DNA of 38,925 bases, taken from a virus. Taxonomy: Duplodnaviria; Caudoviricetes. Location: positions 1-38,925 of the IMG/VR virus record IMGVR_UViG_3300005512_000105; one strand, 5' to 3'. Positions 9,519 to 19,900 of the stretch are shown in pieces. Position 1 is the stretch's first letter. Every line of letters begins with the position of its first letter. The position numbers and the translations under genes were made by a program. The notes below the pieces were generated by a model. That model saw nothing but the letters and a program-made list of their open reading frames with translations, was not told the DNA's origin and ran no database searches.

Positions 9519-9854
9519 ATGTCTGAATCTGTCAAATTCACAATCGTTCGGGAACACAATCTGAAGCGCACGCAACGGACGAACTTTCGAATCAGTCAAG
9601 CGGGCATTAACTTGGGCGACCTTGCTAATCCGGATAAGTGCTTTGCAACCATGTGCCATCTGTTGATTGCCCTGATTGACGAACCCAACGTCAAGATGAG
9701 CGCGGAGGATGTTGCTGTTGCCATCGAAGGGCGCGAGACTGAAGCGATCCAGGCAATAAACAAGTGCTTTGACGTTGATTCAGATTTGATGGAGGTGGAC
9801 CAAAAAAAGCCTGGTTCCAAAGACGGGCCTTCTTCCGAATCGAAATCGGATTAA
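9519..9854 (+). CDS. tail assembly chaperone (gpG-like)
   Basis: Between tail tube and tape measure. Contains an in-frame slippery heptamer near its 3' end. Confidence 0.85.
   Translation: MSESVKFTIVREHNLKRTQRTNFRISQAGINLGDLANPDKCFATMCHLLIALIDEPNVKMSAEDVAVAIEGRETEAIQAINKCFDVDSDLMEVDQKKPGSKDGPSSESKSD
9803..9809 (+). promoter_or_regulatory. -1 programmed ribosomal frameshift site A AAA AAG
   Basis: Zero frame reads CAA AAA AAG from 9801. The -1 frame is open from here (AWFQRRAFFRIEIGLTDEEFWQATDQEL...) to the stop at 10120. Confidence 0.88.
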
Positions 9855-10120
9855 CGGATGAAGAATTCTGGCAAGCGACCGACCAAGAGCTTGATGCATT
9901 GGTCGGCGCTTGGCGGCAGCGTGAACGCCGAGAAGATGCACGAACCGCCCGCCTGATGGCTCTTATTGCGAACACCAACCGGGACAGCAAGAAGAAGCCG
10001 AAACCATACACTGAAGTTGATTTCCTCCCAATGACCGAGGAGGAACGCAACGAGCAAAAAATGGATCAAATGAAACAATTCCTTGATTCTCACAAAACCT
10101 TGTTTAAGCGAGTGAAATAA
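9803..10120 (+). CDS. tail chaperone T segment (gpGT frameshift product)
   Basis: Same frame as ORF 9899..10120 and extends upstream without a stop. The GLTDEEFWQAT..EL motif is typical of T domains. Confidence 0.82.
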   Translation, partial: KKAWFQRRAFFRIEIGLTDEEFWQATDQELDALVGAWRQRERREDARTARLMALIANTNRDSKKKPKPYTEVDFLPMTEEERNEQKMDQMKQFLDSHKTLFKRVK

Positions 10121-12882
10121 TGGCCACCAGTATCGCCAGACTAGCAATCGACCTGATAGTCAATTCCGCAGGACTTCAAAAGGACTTCGCTAAGGCGTTG
10201 CGCCCAATGCGGAAGTTTGGCAGCGAGATGACCGCAATCGGCAAGGATTTGTCAATGAAGGTCACTGCTCCGATTGCAGGGCTTGGCATTGGTGTCCTGA
10301 AAGCCGCAGGCGACTTCGAGGCTGGAATGAATCGCGTCCAAGCGATCACCGGCGCGACCGCGGATCAGTTCGTTGACCTGCGCGAGAAGGCGAAGGAACT
10401 TGGTGCGACGACTCAGTTCAGCGCAACGGAAGCGGCGGGCGGGATTGAAATGCTTGCCAAGAACGGCTTGAAGTACCAGGCGATTGTTGACGGCGCACTG
10501 GATGCAACGCTGACGCTTTCAGCGGCGACCGGATCGGACCTAAGCAGGGCGGCAGACATTGCAACCGATGCAATGCTTGCGTTTGGTGTTGAGGCAAAGA
10601 ATATGGAATCAGCAGTCAACGCCATTACCGGCGTTACGCTTAATTCCAAGTTCGACATCGAGGGTTATGCATACGCGCTCGCCAATGCTGGCGGTGTTGC
10701 GGCTTCTGTTGGCGTTGAGTTCGATGACTTCAACGCGACAATTGCGGCAATGGCTCCTTCATTCTCGTCTGGCATGACGGCAGGAACAAGCCTGAAAACG
10801 TTCCTTGCCAGGTTGAAACCAACCAGCAAGCCGGCAATCGAAGCGATGGCTAGCCTGAAGCTGTCATTCTTCAACGCTGCCGGCGAGATGGATTCGATGG
10901 CGACAATTGCGGATAAGCTTCAAAAATCGTTCGGCGGACTATCTGAGGAAGACAAGCTTGCAAAGGGTATTCAAATCTTCGGCACTGAAGGCGTGCGAGC
11001 AGCGTTCGCAATTATGAACGCCGGAGCCGATTCGATTAACAACCTGAAAATATCGCTTGCAGAGACGAGCGCGGCAGATCAGGCAACAGCACGCATGAAG
11101 GGCTTAAACGGCGCAATGCTTAAACTCAAGTCAGCTTTGGAAGCCGTCGCAATTGCGATTGCTGATTCTGGGTTGCTTGAATGGGCAACAGCAGCGGTTG
11201 AAAAGTTCACGGATTGGTTTTCAACCTTATCTAAAACCAATCCTGAAGTTCTCAAGGCAGGGACAGTGATTGCCGGGCTTGCTGCTGCCCTTGGGCCTTT
11301 GATTGTCGCCTTTGGTTCGCTTGTTGCGGCAGCGGCTCCGATCATTGCGTTGATAAGCGCGAAAGGCGGGCTTGTCGCTTCCATCGCGTTGCTTGCAAAT
11401 CCTTTGACCGGGCTTGTTGCGATCCTGGGCGGGCTTGTTGTTGCTTGGGCGAAATGGGGCGATGAGATCGACCGTTTCCTTACGGATTACTTTGCAAATC
11501 TCATTGTTGCATTCGATCCGCTTGTCCAGAAATTAAGCGAAACCGGGGAGGCGTTCTTCAACTTCGTTTCAAGATGGCAAGACAAGCTCCAAGGATGGGA
11601 CGTTGCAACGAGCACTGTTCTTGCCAAGCTTGGCGGATACTTCCTTGACGCCGGCGACTACGTTGAAAGCCTTATGACTGTTGGCGAGCGAGCTTTCAAA
11701 GCCATAGGGCTTTACGCTGAACAGATGGTCGCAAGGGTGGGAAATTGGCTGGCGGATAAGTTGTTGAAGATCACCGAAAAGGCCGGCGCTGCTGTTGACG
11801 GACTCAAGGAACGATTCCGCAAGATGGCGGATGCTGTTGTTTTCAACTCCTACGTTCCGGACATGGTAACGCTTCTCGGGAAGGAATACGACCGAATGAA
11901 CAACATTTTTGTTCAACCATCGATCCAATCCTTGCAACTGATGCAAGACGAATTCGAGAAAACCGGAAAGGTTGCTGCCGGTATCAAGATCGGACCAGTC
12001 GCGCCGCCTTCCAAAGATACGAAGCCTTTCGATGCATCTGAATTGCTGATGGACATCCAGAAAGGCAAGGTTGAGCGTTTCAAAGGGTTATTTGATTCAG
12101 CATCGAACCCAATCGGGCCGGATCAATTCAAGCTTCCAACGTCCAAAGCTTCACGCGAGGCAAGCCAGTTTGAAAAGACAATTGGAAGCATTCTTGAAAC
12201 CAGCGGAGAGGAATCTGTTGAAAACCTTGTTTCAAGATATGAGCGCATGGGGACCGATATCGGCAATGCAATTGTTGGGATCGGGGACGGACTCGACAAC
12301 GCTGAAACCCGCTTTGAGTTGTTCGGCAAGAACATCCAAGGGGAGTTCGGCGGCATTCTTTCAGGCATAACCAAAGGCGCGAAAGGATTTGACCTGTCCG
12401 GAGGATTTGGGCTCGACAAGATCGGAAACATATTCGCTCAGAAACAAGGCGGAAGCATCCTTGACATGCTCGGGCTTGGAGGCAGTTCCGGAGGCATTGG
12501 CGGAATACTTTCAAACATTGTCGGCTCAGTCGGTGGACCTATCGGCGGCATAATTTCCGGCATTGGTTCGTTGTTCGGCGGATTCTTTGCTGAAGGCGGC
12601 AATCCGCCAGTTGGCAAGGTGTCGGTCGTTGGCGAGAAAGGCCCGGAGCTTTTTGTCCCAAGGACCGCCGGAACGGTTTTGCCGAATTCGATCATGCAGG
12701 GAGTCACTGACAGCAGTTCGAAAACCGTTGTTGTGAACCTTTCACAGACGAACAACTTTGAAAGTGGGGTCACAGAGGAACAGGTTGGCGGCATGATGCG
12801 CGACCACGGACGCCAGCTTATCAAAGGGGTTCAAGACCAAATTCAACGCGGCGGATCGTTCCGCGCATCAATGCAATCATGA
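10120..12882 (+). CDS. tail tape measure protein (TP901-family core)
   Basis: 920 aa, Ala/Gly-rich, FEAGMNRVQAITGAT...LGATTQFSATEAA, C-terminal FAEGG...VGEKGPELFVP. Confidence 0.95.
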   Translation: MATSIARLAIDLIVNSAGLQKDFAKALRPMRKFGSEMTAIGKDLSMKVTAPIAGLGIGVLKAAGDFEAGMNRVQAITGATADQFVDLREKAKELGATTQFSATEAAGGIEMLAKNGLKYQAIVDGALDATLTLSAATGSDLSRAADIATDAMLAFGVEAKNMESAVNAITGVTLNSKFDIEGYAYALANAGGVAASVGVEFDDFNATIAAMAPSFSSGMTAGTSLKTFLARLKPTSKPAIEAMASLKLSFFNAAGEMDSMATIADKLQKSFGGLSEEDKLAKGIQIFGTEGVRAAFAIMNAGADSINNLKISLAETSAADQATARMKGLNGAMLKLKSALEAVAIAIADSGLLEWATAAVEKFTDWFSTLSKTNPEVLKAGTVIAGLAAALGPLIVAFGSLVAAAAPIIALISAKGGLVASIALLANPLTGLVAILGGLVVAWAKWGDEIDRFLTDYFANLIVAFDPLVQKLSETGEAFFNFVSRWQDKLQGWDVATSTVLAKLGGYFLDAGDYVESLMTVGERAFKAIGLYAEQMVARVGNWLADKLLKITEKAGAAVDGLKERFRKMADAVVFNSYVPDMVTLLGKEYDRMNNIFVQPSIQSLQLMQDEFEKTGKVAAGIKIGPVAPPSKDTKPFDASELLMDIQKGKVERFKGLFDSASNPIGPDQFKLPTSKASREASQFEKTIGSILETSGEESVENLVSRYERMGTDIGNAIVGIGDGLDNAETRFELFGKNIQGEFGGILSGITKGAKGFDLSGGFGLDKIGNIFAQKQGGSILDMLGLGGSSGGIGGILSNIVGSVGGPIGGIISGIGSLFGGFFAEGGNPPVGKVSVVGEKGPELFVPRTAGTVLPNSIMQGVTDSSSKTVVVNLSQTNNFESGVTEEQVGGMMRDHGRQLIKGVQDQIQRGGSFRASMQS

Positions 12883-13148
12883 GCGACGAGTCAGTGAAGC
12901 AACTACTTTCTGAAATACAGGGAATGCGCTCTGAAATGCGAGAGATGATGACCGCGATCCAGGGCAAGCCTGAGCTTGGCGTTGACGGGATCGTTCAACA
13001 CATGAAAGCACACCGTGACCGGCTTAATGAACTGGAGAGCGATGTCAAGAGCCTGAAAAGTGACAGGGGAAGAATCAAAGCGTGGGTTGCAGGGCTTTCG
13101 GCGGCTGGCGGAATTGGTGGAACAATTGGAGCATGGTTTGCAAAGTAA
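12879..13148 (+). CDS. coiled-coil protein with C-terminal hydrophobic segment (holin-like candidate)
   Basis: Heptad-like RLNELESDVKSLK followed by WVAGLSAAGGIGGTIGAWFAK. Function is inference. Confidence 0.5.
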   Translation: MSDESVKQLLSEIQGMRSEMREMMTAIQGKPELGVDGIVQHMKAHRDRLNELESDVKSLKSDRGRIKAWVAGLSAAGGIGGTIGAWFAK

Positions 13149-13757
13149 ATGGCTATTTCATTCCCATTAGATTTCCCGACGGCGACAGGCATTCAAGAAA
13201 TTGAATGGATTCCGGAAAACTCTGTTGCGACCACCGAATCGGCATGGAGCAGGAAAATCAAGGTTTACGACAACGGCGGCAAACGCTGGCGGGCCAATAT
13301 CACGTTGCCAGCAATGACCGTTGCAAACGCGCGAATCTGGCGGGCATGGTTTCTTTCCCTTAACGGAATGGAAGGAACTTTTTGGCTGTCACCCACACTC
13401 GACAAAACAGCGCGAGGCATCGCAACAGGAACCCCGCTCGTGAACGGTGGAAGCCAGACAGGGCAAAGCCTGATCACGGACGGATGGACGACAAGCCAAA
13501 CCGGGATACTGAAAGCGGGCGATTGGTTCCAGCTTGGGAATTATCTTTACCAGGTGTTGCAAGACGCGAACAGCGACGGAAGCGGCAACGCAACTTTTGA
13601 CATTTGGCCAAACCTTAGAAGTTCGCCGAGCGACAATGCAACGATTACCGTCTCAAATCCGAAAGGGCTTTTCAGGCTTGTCGAACTTCCGCCGGTCAAC
13701 ATGACCGTGAACCACATTGTTGAAGGGCTAAGGTTTCAGGCGGTAGAGGCAATATGA
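13149..13757 (+). CDS. distal tail (Dit-like) protein
   Basis: First tail-tip gene after the TMP. W.AWFLSLNG..GTF and a beta-rich insertion (LKAGDWFQLG...IWPNLR). Confidence 0.75.
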   Translation: MAISFPLDFPTATGIQEIEWIPENSVATTESAWSRKIKVYDNGGKRWRANITLPAMTVANARIWRAWFLSLNGMEGTFWLSPTLDKTARGIATGTPLVNGGSQTGQSLITDGWTTSQTGILKAGDWFQLGNYLYQVLQDANSDGSGNATFDIWPNLRSSPSDNATITVSNPKGLFRLVELPPVNMTVNHIVEGLRFQAVEAI

Positions 13758-14314
13758 GCGTTCGCAATCTTACATCCTCTGTTCAAACGGCAATCGGTGA
13801 AACCGTTGTCAAGCCTGCTGTGCTTTGCGAGTTGGCATTTCCATCCGCAACCGTGAATTTCTGGACGGGGCAAGGGACTATTTCATGGGATTCGAAATCA
13901 TGGGACGGAACCGGGCGAGCGGTGAGTTTTTCAACTTTCCCTGAAACGACGGACGGATCAAGCCAAGGTATACAGATTGACATATCAGGGATCGACTCAG
14001 CGGATATCGACGACATAACTCAAGACGAATTCCAAGGGGCGGATGTTGCCGTATGGATCGCGTTTCTTGATTCGTCCGGTTCCGTTATTGGTGATCCTTT
14101 CCAAATTTTCGCAGGCATCATGGACACTGGCGAAATCAACGACAACGGAAAAACTGCAACCATTTCAATCAATGCCGAATCCAAACTTATCAACCAAATC
14201 AAACGCATCCAAAACCGATACACAGACCAAGACCAACAGCGACTCTATGCGGGCGACAAAGGGCTTGAATTCATCGGAAAAATCCAAGACAAGCAAATTG
14301 TCTGGAAAAGCTAA
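13754..14314 (+). CDS. minor tail / hub protein
   Basis: FWTGQGTISW....WDGTG, IFAGIMD, RYTDQDQQRLYAGDKGLEF, plus synteny. Confidence 0.75.
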   Translation: MSVRNLTSSVQTAIGETVVKPAVLCELAFPSATVNFWTGQGTISWDSKSWDGTGRAVSFSTFPETTDGSSQGIQIDISGIDSADIDDITQDEFQGADVAVWIAFLDSSGSVIGDPFQIFAGIMDTGEINDNGKTATISINAESKLINQIKRIQNRYTDQDQQRLYAGDKGLEFIGKIQDKQIVWKS

Positions 14315-14732
14315 GCGGTGCGAAGATTGGGAGTTGCGTCTCGATCAGTTCATCGAATCACAACGCGGCAAGCCGTTCAAGTGGGGGGCGAATGACTGCA
14401 TGGTTTTTGCGGCTCAAGCCATTCAAGTTCTTGGTATAAATCACGACATCATTGCCGGCCACCGGGGAAAATATAATTCCGCAAAGACCGCCGCCAAGAT
14501 CGTCAAACAAAAGAAAGACGGGATCAAGGAATGGGCAATGGAGCTACTGCGAGACTTTCCTCAAATCCACAGCCACAGCGCAAAGCGCGGTGATGTTTGC
14601 CTTATTCACTATGAAGGCGCGGATGCAATGGGCGTTTGCGTTGGCTCAGAAGTCGCCGCGCTCGGTTCGAAAGGGCTTGAGTTCATTCCGCGTTCATCGA
14701 TCAAAAAAGCCTGGGGCATAGGGCACAAGTAA
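14298..14732 (+). CDS. NlpC/P60-like tail assembly protein
   Basis: DWELRL...PFKWGANDC..F and AKRGDV. Sits just upstream of the tail tip gene, like lambda K. The start (TTG 14298) is my estimate. Confidence 0.75.
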   Translation: MSGKAKRCEDWELRLDQFIESQRGKPFKWGANDCMVFAAQAIQVLGINHDIIAGHRGKYNSAKTAAKIVKQKKDGIKEWAMELLRDFPQIHSHSAKRGDVCLIHYEGADAMGVCVGSEVAALGSKGLEFIPRSSIKKAWGIGHK

Positions 14733-16966
14733 TGTCAAAAATATTCAAGAAAGTTGCAAAAATCCTGGGGCCGATTCTGCTTTTCGTGCCAGGGCTTAAT
14801 GTTGTCGGCGCGGCGCTGATCATCGGCTCAACGGCAATGGACGTTGTGCAGCAGCGCAAGCAGAAGAAGGCGATGCAGCGGGCGCTTGAGTCCGCCGGAG
14901 CAAGCCAGACAATTTCAATCAAAAACCCGCTTGTTGCACGGCGATTGGTTTACGGTCGAACGCGCGTGGGTGGTGTGATCGGTCACTTGTCTGTTTCGTC
15001 GGATAACAAATACTTGTATCTGATCTTGATCCTATGCGATGGGCCGATTGAGGGAATAGATGACATTTACTTCGACGACCAAATCTTGACACTTGACGGA
15101 AGCGGCGCGGCGACAACCTTGAACGGCACAGGGAAATGGGCTGGAAAGGTGAGGCTTCAAAAACATCTTGGCGGCGCGGCGCAAACTGCGGACACAGATT
15201 TTGTTGCGGATACCACTGCGACCTCTTGGACGACTGACCACAAATTACAAGGCGTTGCATATATTTCTATAAGGCTAACTTTCGATCCGGCTGTCTTCCC
15301 AAACGGATTGCCTAACATTTCCGCAGTTGTTCGCGGTCGCAATGATATTGTGGACGGGCGGGACGATTCGACGGGATACACAACTAACACGGCGCTTTGT
15401 TTGGCTCATTATCTGAGCCTTGAAGACCTCGGACCCAACATTGATTGGACGAATGAAATTGATCACACTGCATTTGACACTGCTGCTGGTGATTGCGAAG
15501 ACCAAATTTCGCTTGCTGCTGCGGGTAATTTTTCGACCACCGTTGGAAGCGATGCGAACCGGATCAGCTCAACGGCACACGGCTTGCATGACTCGCAGAT
15601 TGTCAACTTCACATCCACAACAACGCTTCCAGCAGGATTGAGCAGCGGCACAGATTACTTCGTGATTAATGCCGACAAAGATTCGTTCGAAGTCACAACG
15701 GCAATCGACGACGTTTCCAGCATTGTCACGATGACCAACGATGGAACCGGCACGCATTCATTCACAGCGGAGGAATACCGATACACGTTCAACGGATTGA
15801 TTGATCTTGAGAACAGTCCAGAGGACATCATCCGGCAATTTCGGGACGCTATGGCGGGCACGGTGGCATACATCGGCGGCAAGTGGACGATGACCGCTGG
15901 GGTTTACCAGACGCCAACTTTCACCATTGACGAAGACATGCTTGCGGGACCGATCAAGATTCGCCCAAGGCGCGGCAGGCGTGAGCGGTTCAACGTGGTG
16001 AAAGGGTTTTTCTTGGCGGCTCAAAACAGGTGGCAAGCGGCAGATTATCCGCCGGTCACAAACGCAACTTACGTGACGGCAGACGGTGAAGACCTGTTGC
16101 AAGGGCTCGATTTGCCAGCGACATCAACGCCATCAATGGCAAACAGAATCGCCAAGGTTTTACTTGAGAAGTCTCGCAAGGAATTCACCGTTGAACTGAT
16201 TTGCAACATCGAAGCACTACAAGCGCAGGCAGGTAAAACGGTATTGGTCAACCTGCCGAGATACAACCTTTCAAGCGTTCCGTTCGACGTTGACGGATTC
16301 AACCTTGAAGTTGCAGACGGAGTTGTAACGGTTCAACTTTCATTGTCTGAAACGGCATCAAGCGTTTATTCATGGACGGCTGGCAGCGACGAGCAAACTT
16401 TCACGATCATCGATGAGCCTGAATTGCCGGACGGTCTGCCGGACGCACCAACGGGCTTGACGCTCACAAACAATCTTGATTCACGTGACCTTGTTTCCGT
16501 CATGATTGAGTGGGATGCGTCAACGGATGAGTTCGTTAACCAAGGGGGGCTTGTTGTTGTTGAGTGGAAAAAATCAGCGGATTCAACATGGCAGTCAATC
16601 ACTGGGTCGCCATCTTCGATTGAGTATCCGGTCAGAGGATTAGAACCGGATACAAATTACGATTTCCGCGTCGCTTGGCGCAACAAGTGGGGTGGTCAAA
16701 GTCCATACGCTGAGGAACTGGCTCACACCACGCGATCGGCGGCAAGTTCCGCTTACAACTATAAGCACACGCAGAGCACGCCAGCTACCACTTGGACAAT
16801 TACGCACAACCTCGGATACCGCCCAAGCATCGGCGCAATTTTCGACCACAACGGCGACCCTGTGAATGGTGACGAGGCAACCGGGTCGTCCGGCGATCCA
16901 ACTGGCAAAACAGAAATTGAAATTACCTTTGTGTCCGCGATTTACGGCACAGCATATCTTTCCTGA
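14732..16966 (+). CDS. tail tip / host-specificity protein (gpJ-like) with FN3 domain
   Basis: RRLVYGRTRVGG, LCDGPIEGI, L.GVAY, G.PNISAVVRG, RYTFNG. FN3-like PDAPTGL...GLEPDTNYDFRV. Confidence 0.88.
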   Translation: MSKIFKKVAKILGPILLFVPGLNVVGAALIIGSTAMDVVQQRKQKKAMQRALESAGASQTISIKNPLVARRLVYGRTRVGGVIGHLSVSSDNKYLYLILILCDGPIEGIDDIYFDDQILTLDGSGAATTLNGTGKWAGKVRLQKHLGGAAQTADTDFVADTTATSWTTDHKLQGVAYISIRLTFDPAVFPNGLPNISAVVRGRNDIVDGRDDSTGYTTNTALCLAHYLSLEDLGPNIDWTNEIDHTAFDTAAGDCEDQISLAAAGNFSTTVGSDANRISSTAHGLHDSQIVNFTSTTTLPAGLSSGTDYFVINADKDSFEVTTAIDDVSSIVTMTNDGTGTHSFTAEEYRYTFNGLIDLENSPEDIIRQFRDAMAGTVAYIGGKWTMTAGVYQTPTFTIDEDMLAGPIKIRPRRGRRERFNVVKGFFLAAQNRWQAADYPPVTNATYVTADGEDLLQGLDLPATSTPSMANRIAKVLLEKSRKEFTVELICNIEALQAQAGKTVLVNLPRYNLSSVPFDVDGFNLEVADGVVTVQLSLSETASSVYSWTAGSDEQTFTIIDEPELPDGLPDAPTGLTLTNNLDSRDLVSVMIEWDASTDEFVNQGGLVVVEWKKSADSTWQSITGSPSSIEYPVRGLEPDTNYDFRVAWRNKWGGQSPYAEELAHTTRSAASSAYNYKHTQSTPATTWTITHNLGYRPSIGAIFDHNGDPVNGDEATGSSGDPTGKTEIEITFVSAIYGTAYLS

Positions 16967-16968
16967 CA

Positions 16969-19900
16969 ATGAAACAGCTATCGAATCTTGATTTTTTAAA
17001 GGCGGCAAAAATCCTAAACGTGTTGGTTGATCCTGTTGCATCTGATGACACTGGGCTGGGGATTGGTCAGCTTTGGTTTAATACCACATCGAACTTTTTC
17101 AAAGGCTACGACGGAACTAACAAATTTAGCCTTTTGCGTGATGACCTGGCGGCTACCATCACGGGGGTTTTAACATTTAATCCGTCAAGTGGGACGGTTC
17201 CTTTTGCGGTCAACGGGACGCACACCAGCGTTGTCACAAATCTAAACGCTGACAGGGTGGACGGATACCATGCAGCAGAGGCGGCGACAGCTTCGACGTT
17301 GGGCGCACGCGATGCTTCGGGGAATCTTACGGTTGCCACACCAACGAGCGACGGACACGCAGCGACCAAGGCATATGTGGATTCAATCGCAGCGGGTCAG
17401 GATTGGAAAGACTCATGTCGGGTAGCCACGACAGCCAACATCACGCTTTCAGGGACTCAAACAATCGACGGCGTTGCGGTGGTGGCTGATGACCGAGTGC
17501 TCGTTAAGGACCAAACAACGGCGAGCCAAAATGGAATCTATGTTTGCGCTGCTGGTGCATGGTCGAGGGCTAGCGATGCAGACGCGGACGCTGAGGTGAC
17601 AAGTGGGTTGACCACATTTGTTGAGGAAGGGACTTTAAATTCTGGCGCAGGTTATACACTGACAACCAGCGGCGCAATTGTTGTTGGGACCACTTCGTTG
17701 ACGTTCACGAAAACGAGCGGCGGTTCTGTTTACGGGGCTGGCAACGGCGTGGTCAAAAGCGGAACAACGTTTCACTTCGGTCAGAGCGCATCATACACCG
17801 TTGGAGCGTTGCCTTACGCTTCGGGAGCTTCCACGATTGGATTCATTTCAGCGGTTGCTTCTGGAAAGGTTCTGAAATCCAACGGTGAAAACACTGTGCC
17901 TTTATGGGCTTCATTGGATCTTACGGCAGATGTCGGGTCTAGCATCCTCCATGTTGCTAATGGGGGGACAGGGACTTCAACACAATTTACGTCGGGGTCC
18001 GTGGTGTTAGCTGGCGCGTCAGGTGTTTACACAGAAGACAATGCCGGAATCAGCTTCGACACGTCAACGGACAGGTTGACGGTCGGCTTGATCACGATTT
18101 CCAACATCCCCGACAGCGGGACAGGGAATGAGGTTGTTGTTTCCGAATCTGGCGCGTTAAAAACGCAAACGATAAACGCCGGGGCATGGACAGGTGACAC
18201 GATTTGGACATCTGGAAACGATGGTCCGAGCAGCGGATTGAACGCTGATTTGCTAGACGGTCAGGAAGGCAGCTATTATACCACAGCCTCAAACATTGGT
18301 GGATTAGGCGCGAACCGGTTGCTCTTGTCCACGAGTGGGGGAGCTATTACGAGTTCCTCGTCGTTCACATACTCAGGTTCACGGGTTGGGCTAGGTGGTG
18401 CTATATCGACTGTTGCAGGCTTGCAAGTTTTCTCGGTCAATGATCCTGTGGATGTTAATTCATCGACTTATGAAATTGGCATAGTTGCTCGGGCTAGAGA
18501 GTGTTACGACATTGCGACAGGCGTTACCGATAGCGGATACCGAATGGGGATGAACGTGGCGGCCCACGTAACTGACGCTGACTTTGATGGGACTTTGGCG
18601 TCCCAATATGGGATATATTTGCAGCACGGTATCTATTCTAACGCGCAGGCTGGGGCAACGATCACCAACTCATACGGTGTTTTCATCGATTCTTACACGT
18701 TGGCCGGAACAACGATCACAAATTTATGGGGTTTGTATCAGGCCAATTCAGCGGCCAAGAATTATTTTGCGGGTAATGTAGGGATTGGGAGCGCGACGTC
18801 TCCGTCCTGCGCTTTAGATATACTACAAACTTCCGATGTGGTTACAGGGGGGACAACTCCAGTGGCTATTCGTATCGGAGCAACTAATCAGGATGCAGGT
18901 GCAAACACGTGGAATACTGCTGCTGACTTTGTTCAACTACAATTACATAGTTCGGATGCGAGCGGTGAAGGGGCGGGTAATCGTTGGACAGTCGGTGTTT
19001 CTATGGGAGACGCCGCCGGAAGTTACTCGAAGTTCAACATACGGGACATCAGCGGAACATCCAGATTAACTATCGACTCATTGAATGGCAACGTAGGCAT
19101 CGGCACGACTGACATTGAGAGTTGGGGAGCTGGTTACAAAGCATTGGAGTTTTACCGTAGTTCATTAATGTGGGCAACTGGATCGGAATACACGGCGTGG
19201 AGTTCTAATGCATATTTTGATGGAGCTTGGAAATATAAAAGTGAGGAGAGGGCGTCGCAAATAATTCAAAATGATGGTTCCATTGATCTCCGTGTCGCGG
19301 TTTCTGACGCAGAGGATGGGGCCATTTCTTGGATCGCCGGTCTTCTGCTCCATAATACGGGAAACATTTCGATCAACCACGGAACCAGTTATTGCCCTCT
19401 GTCTGTCCGGTCATTCAGCAACGAATCGTCTGAGATTCTTGCAGCTTTTCAGGAAGCGACGCCCGGAGGCGGGGTTAAAATTGGGCTTGCGAGTGGGGCA
19501 GGTTATTTGCAAGGAGATAAAACAGGAGGCGCGGTTGGTTTCTACATAGGGGCCAATGAGGCTTCATATTTCAATGGTGGCAACTTAGGTATCGGAGAGA
19601 GTATTCCGACTGCGCGATTGCATGTATATGCGGCTGAGGGCGTGGTCAGTAAATTTTACGGGGGCAATACAGACGGCGTAAGGTTATCGACTTTCGTTGC
19701 GGATTCGGCGGGGTATGCGGCGATTTACGCTTATGACGACAATGACGGAGTAACACCAGGATACGCCACATTGAGACTTGGCAACAATGCTGGTCTAGGT
19801 GTCTATATTGACGGTGTTACCGGATATATGACAATCAATGCTCTTGCGACCGGAACTGGTGACTCGATCCTGACTGAAGAAAGCGGAGTCATTAAGAAAA

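Noticed and set aside
14298-14732. NlpC/P60-like protein as the endolysin
   Set aside because: Its position between the hub and tip genes matches a tail assembly role, and the expected catalytic His appears replaced (DAMGV).
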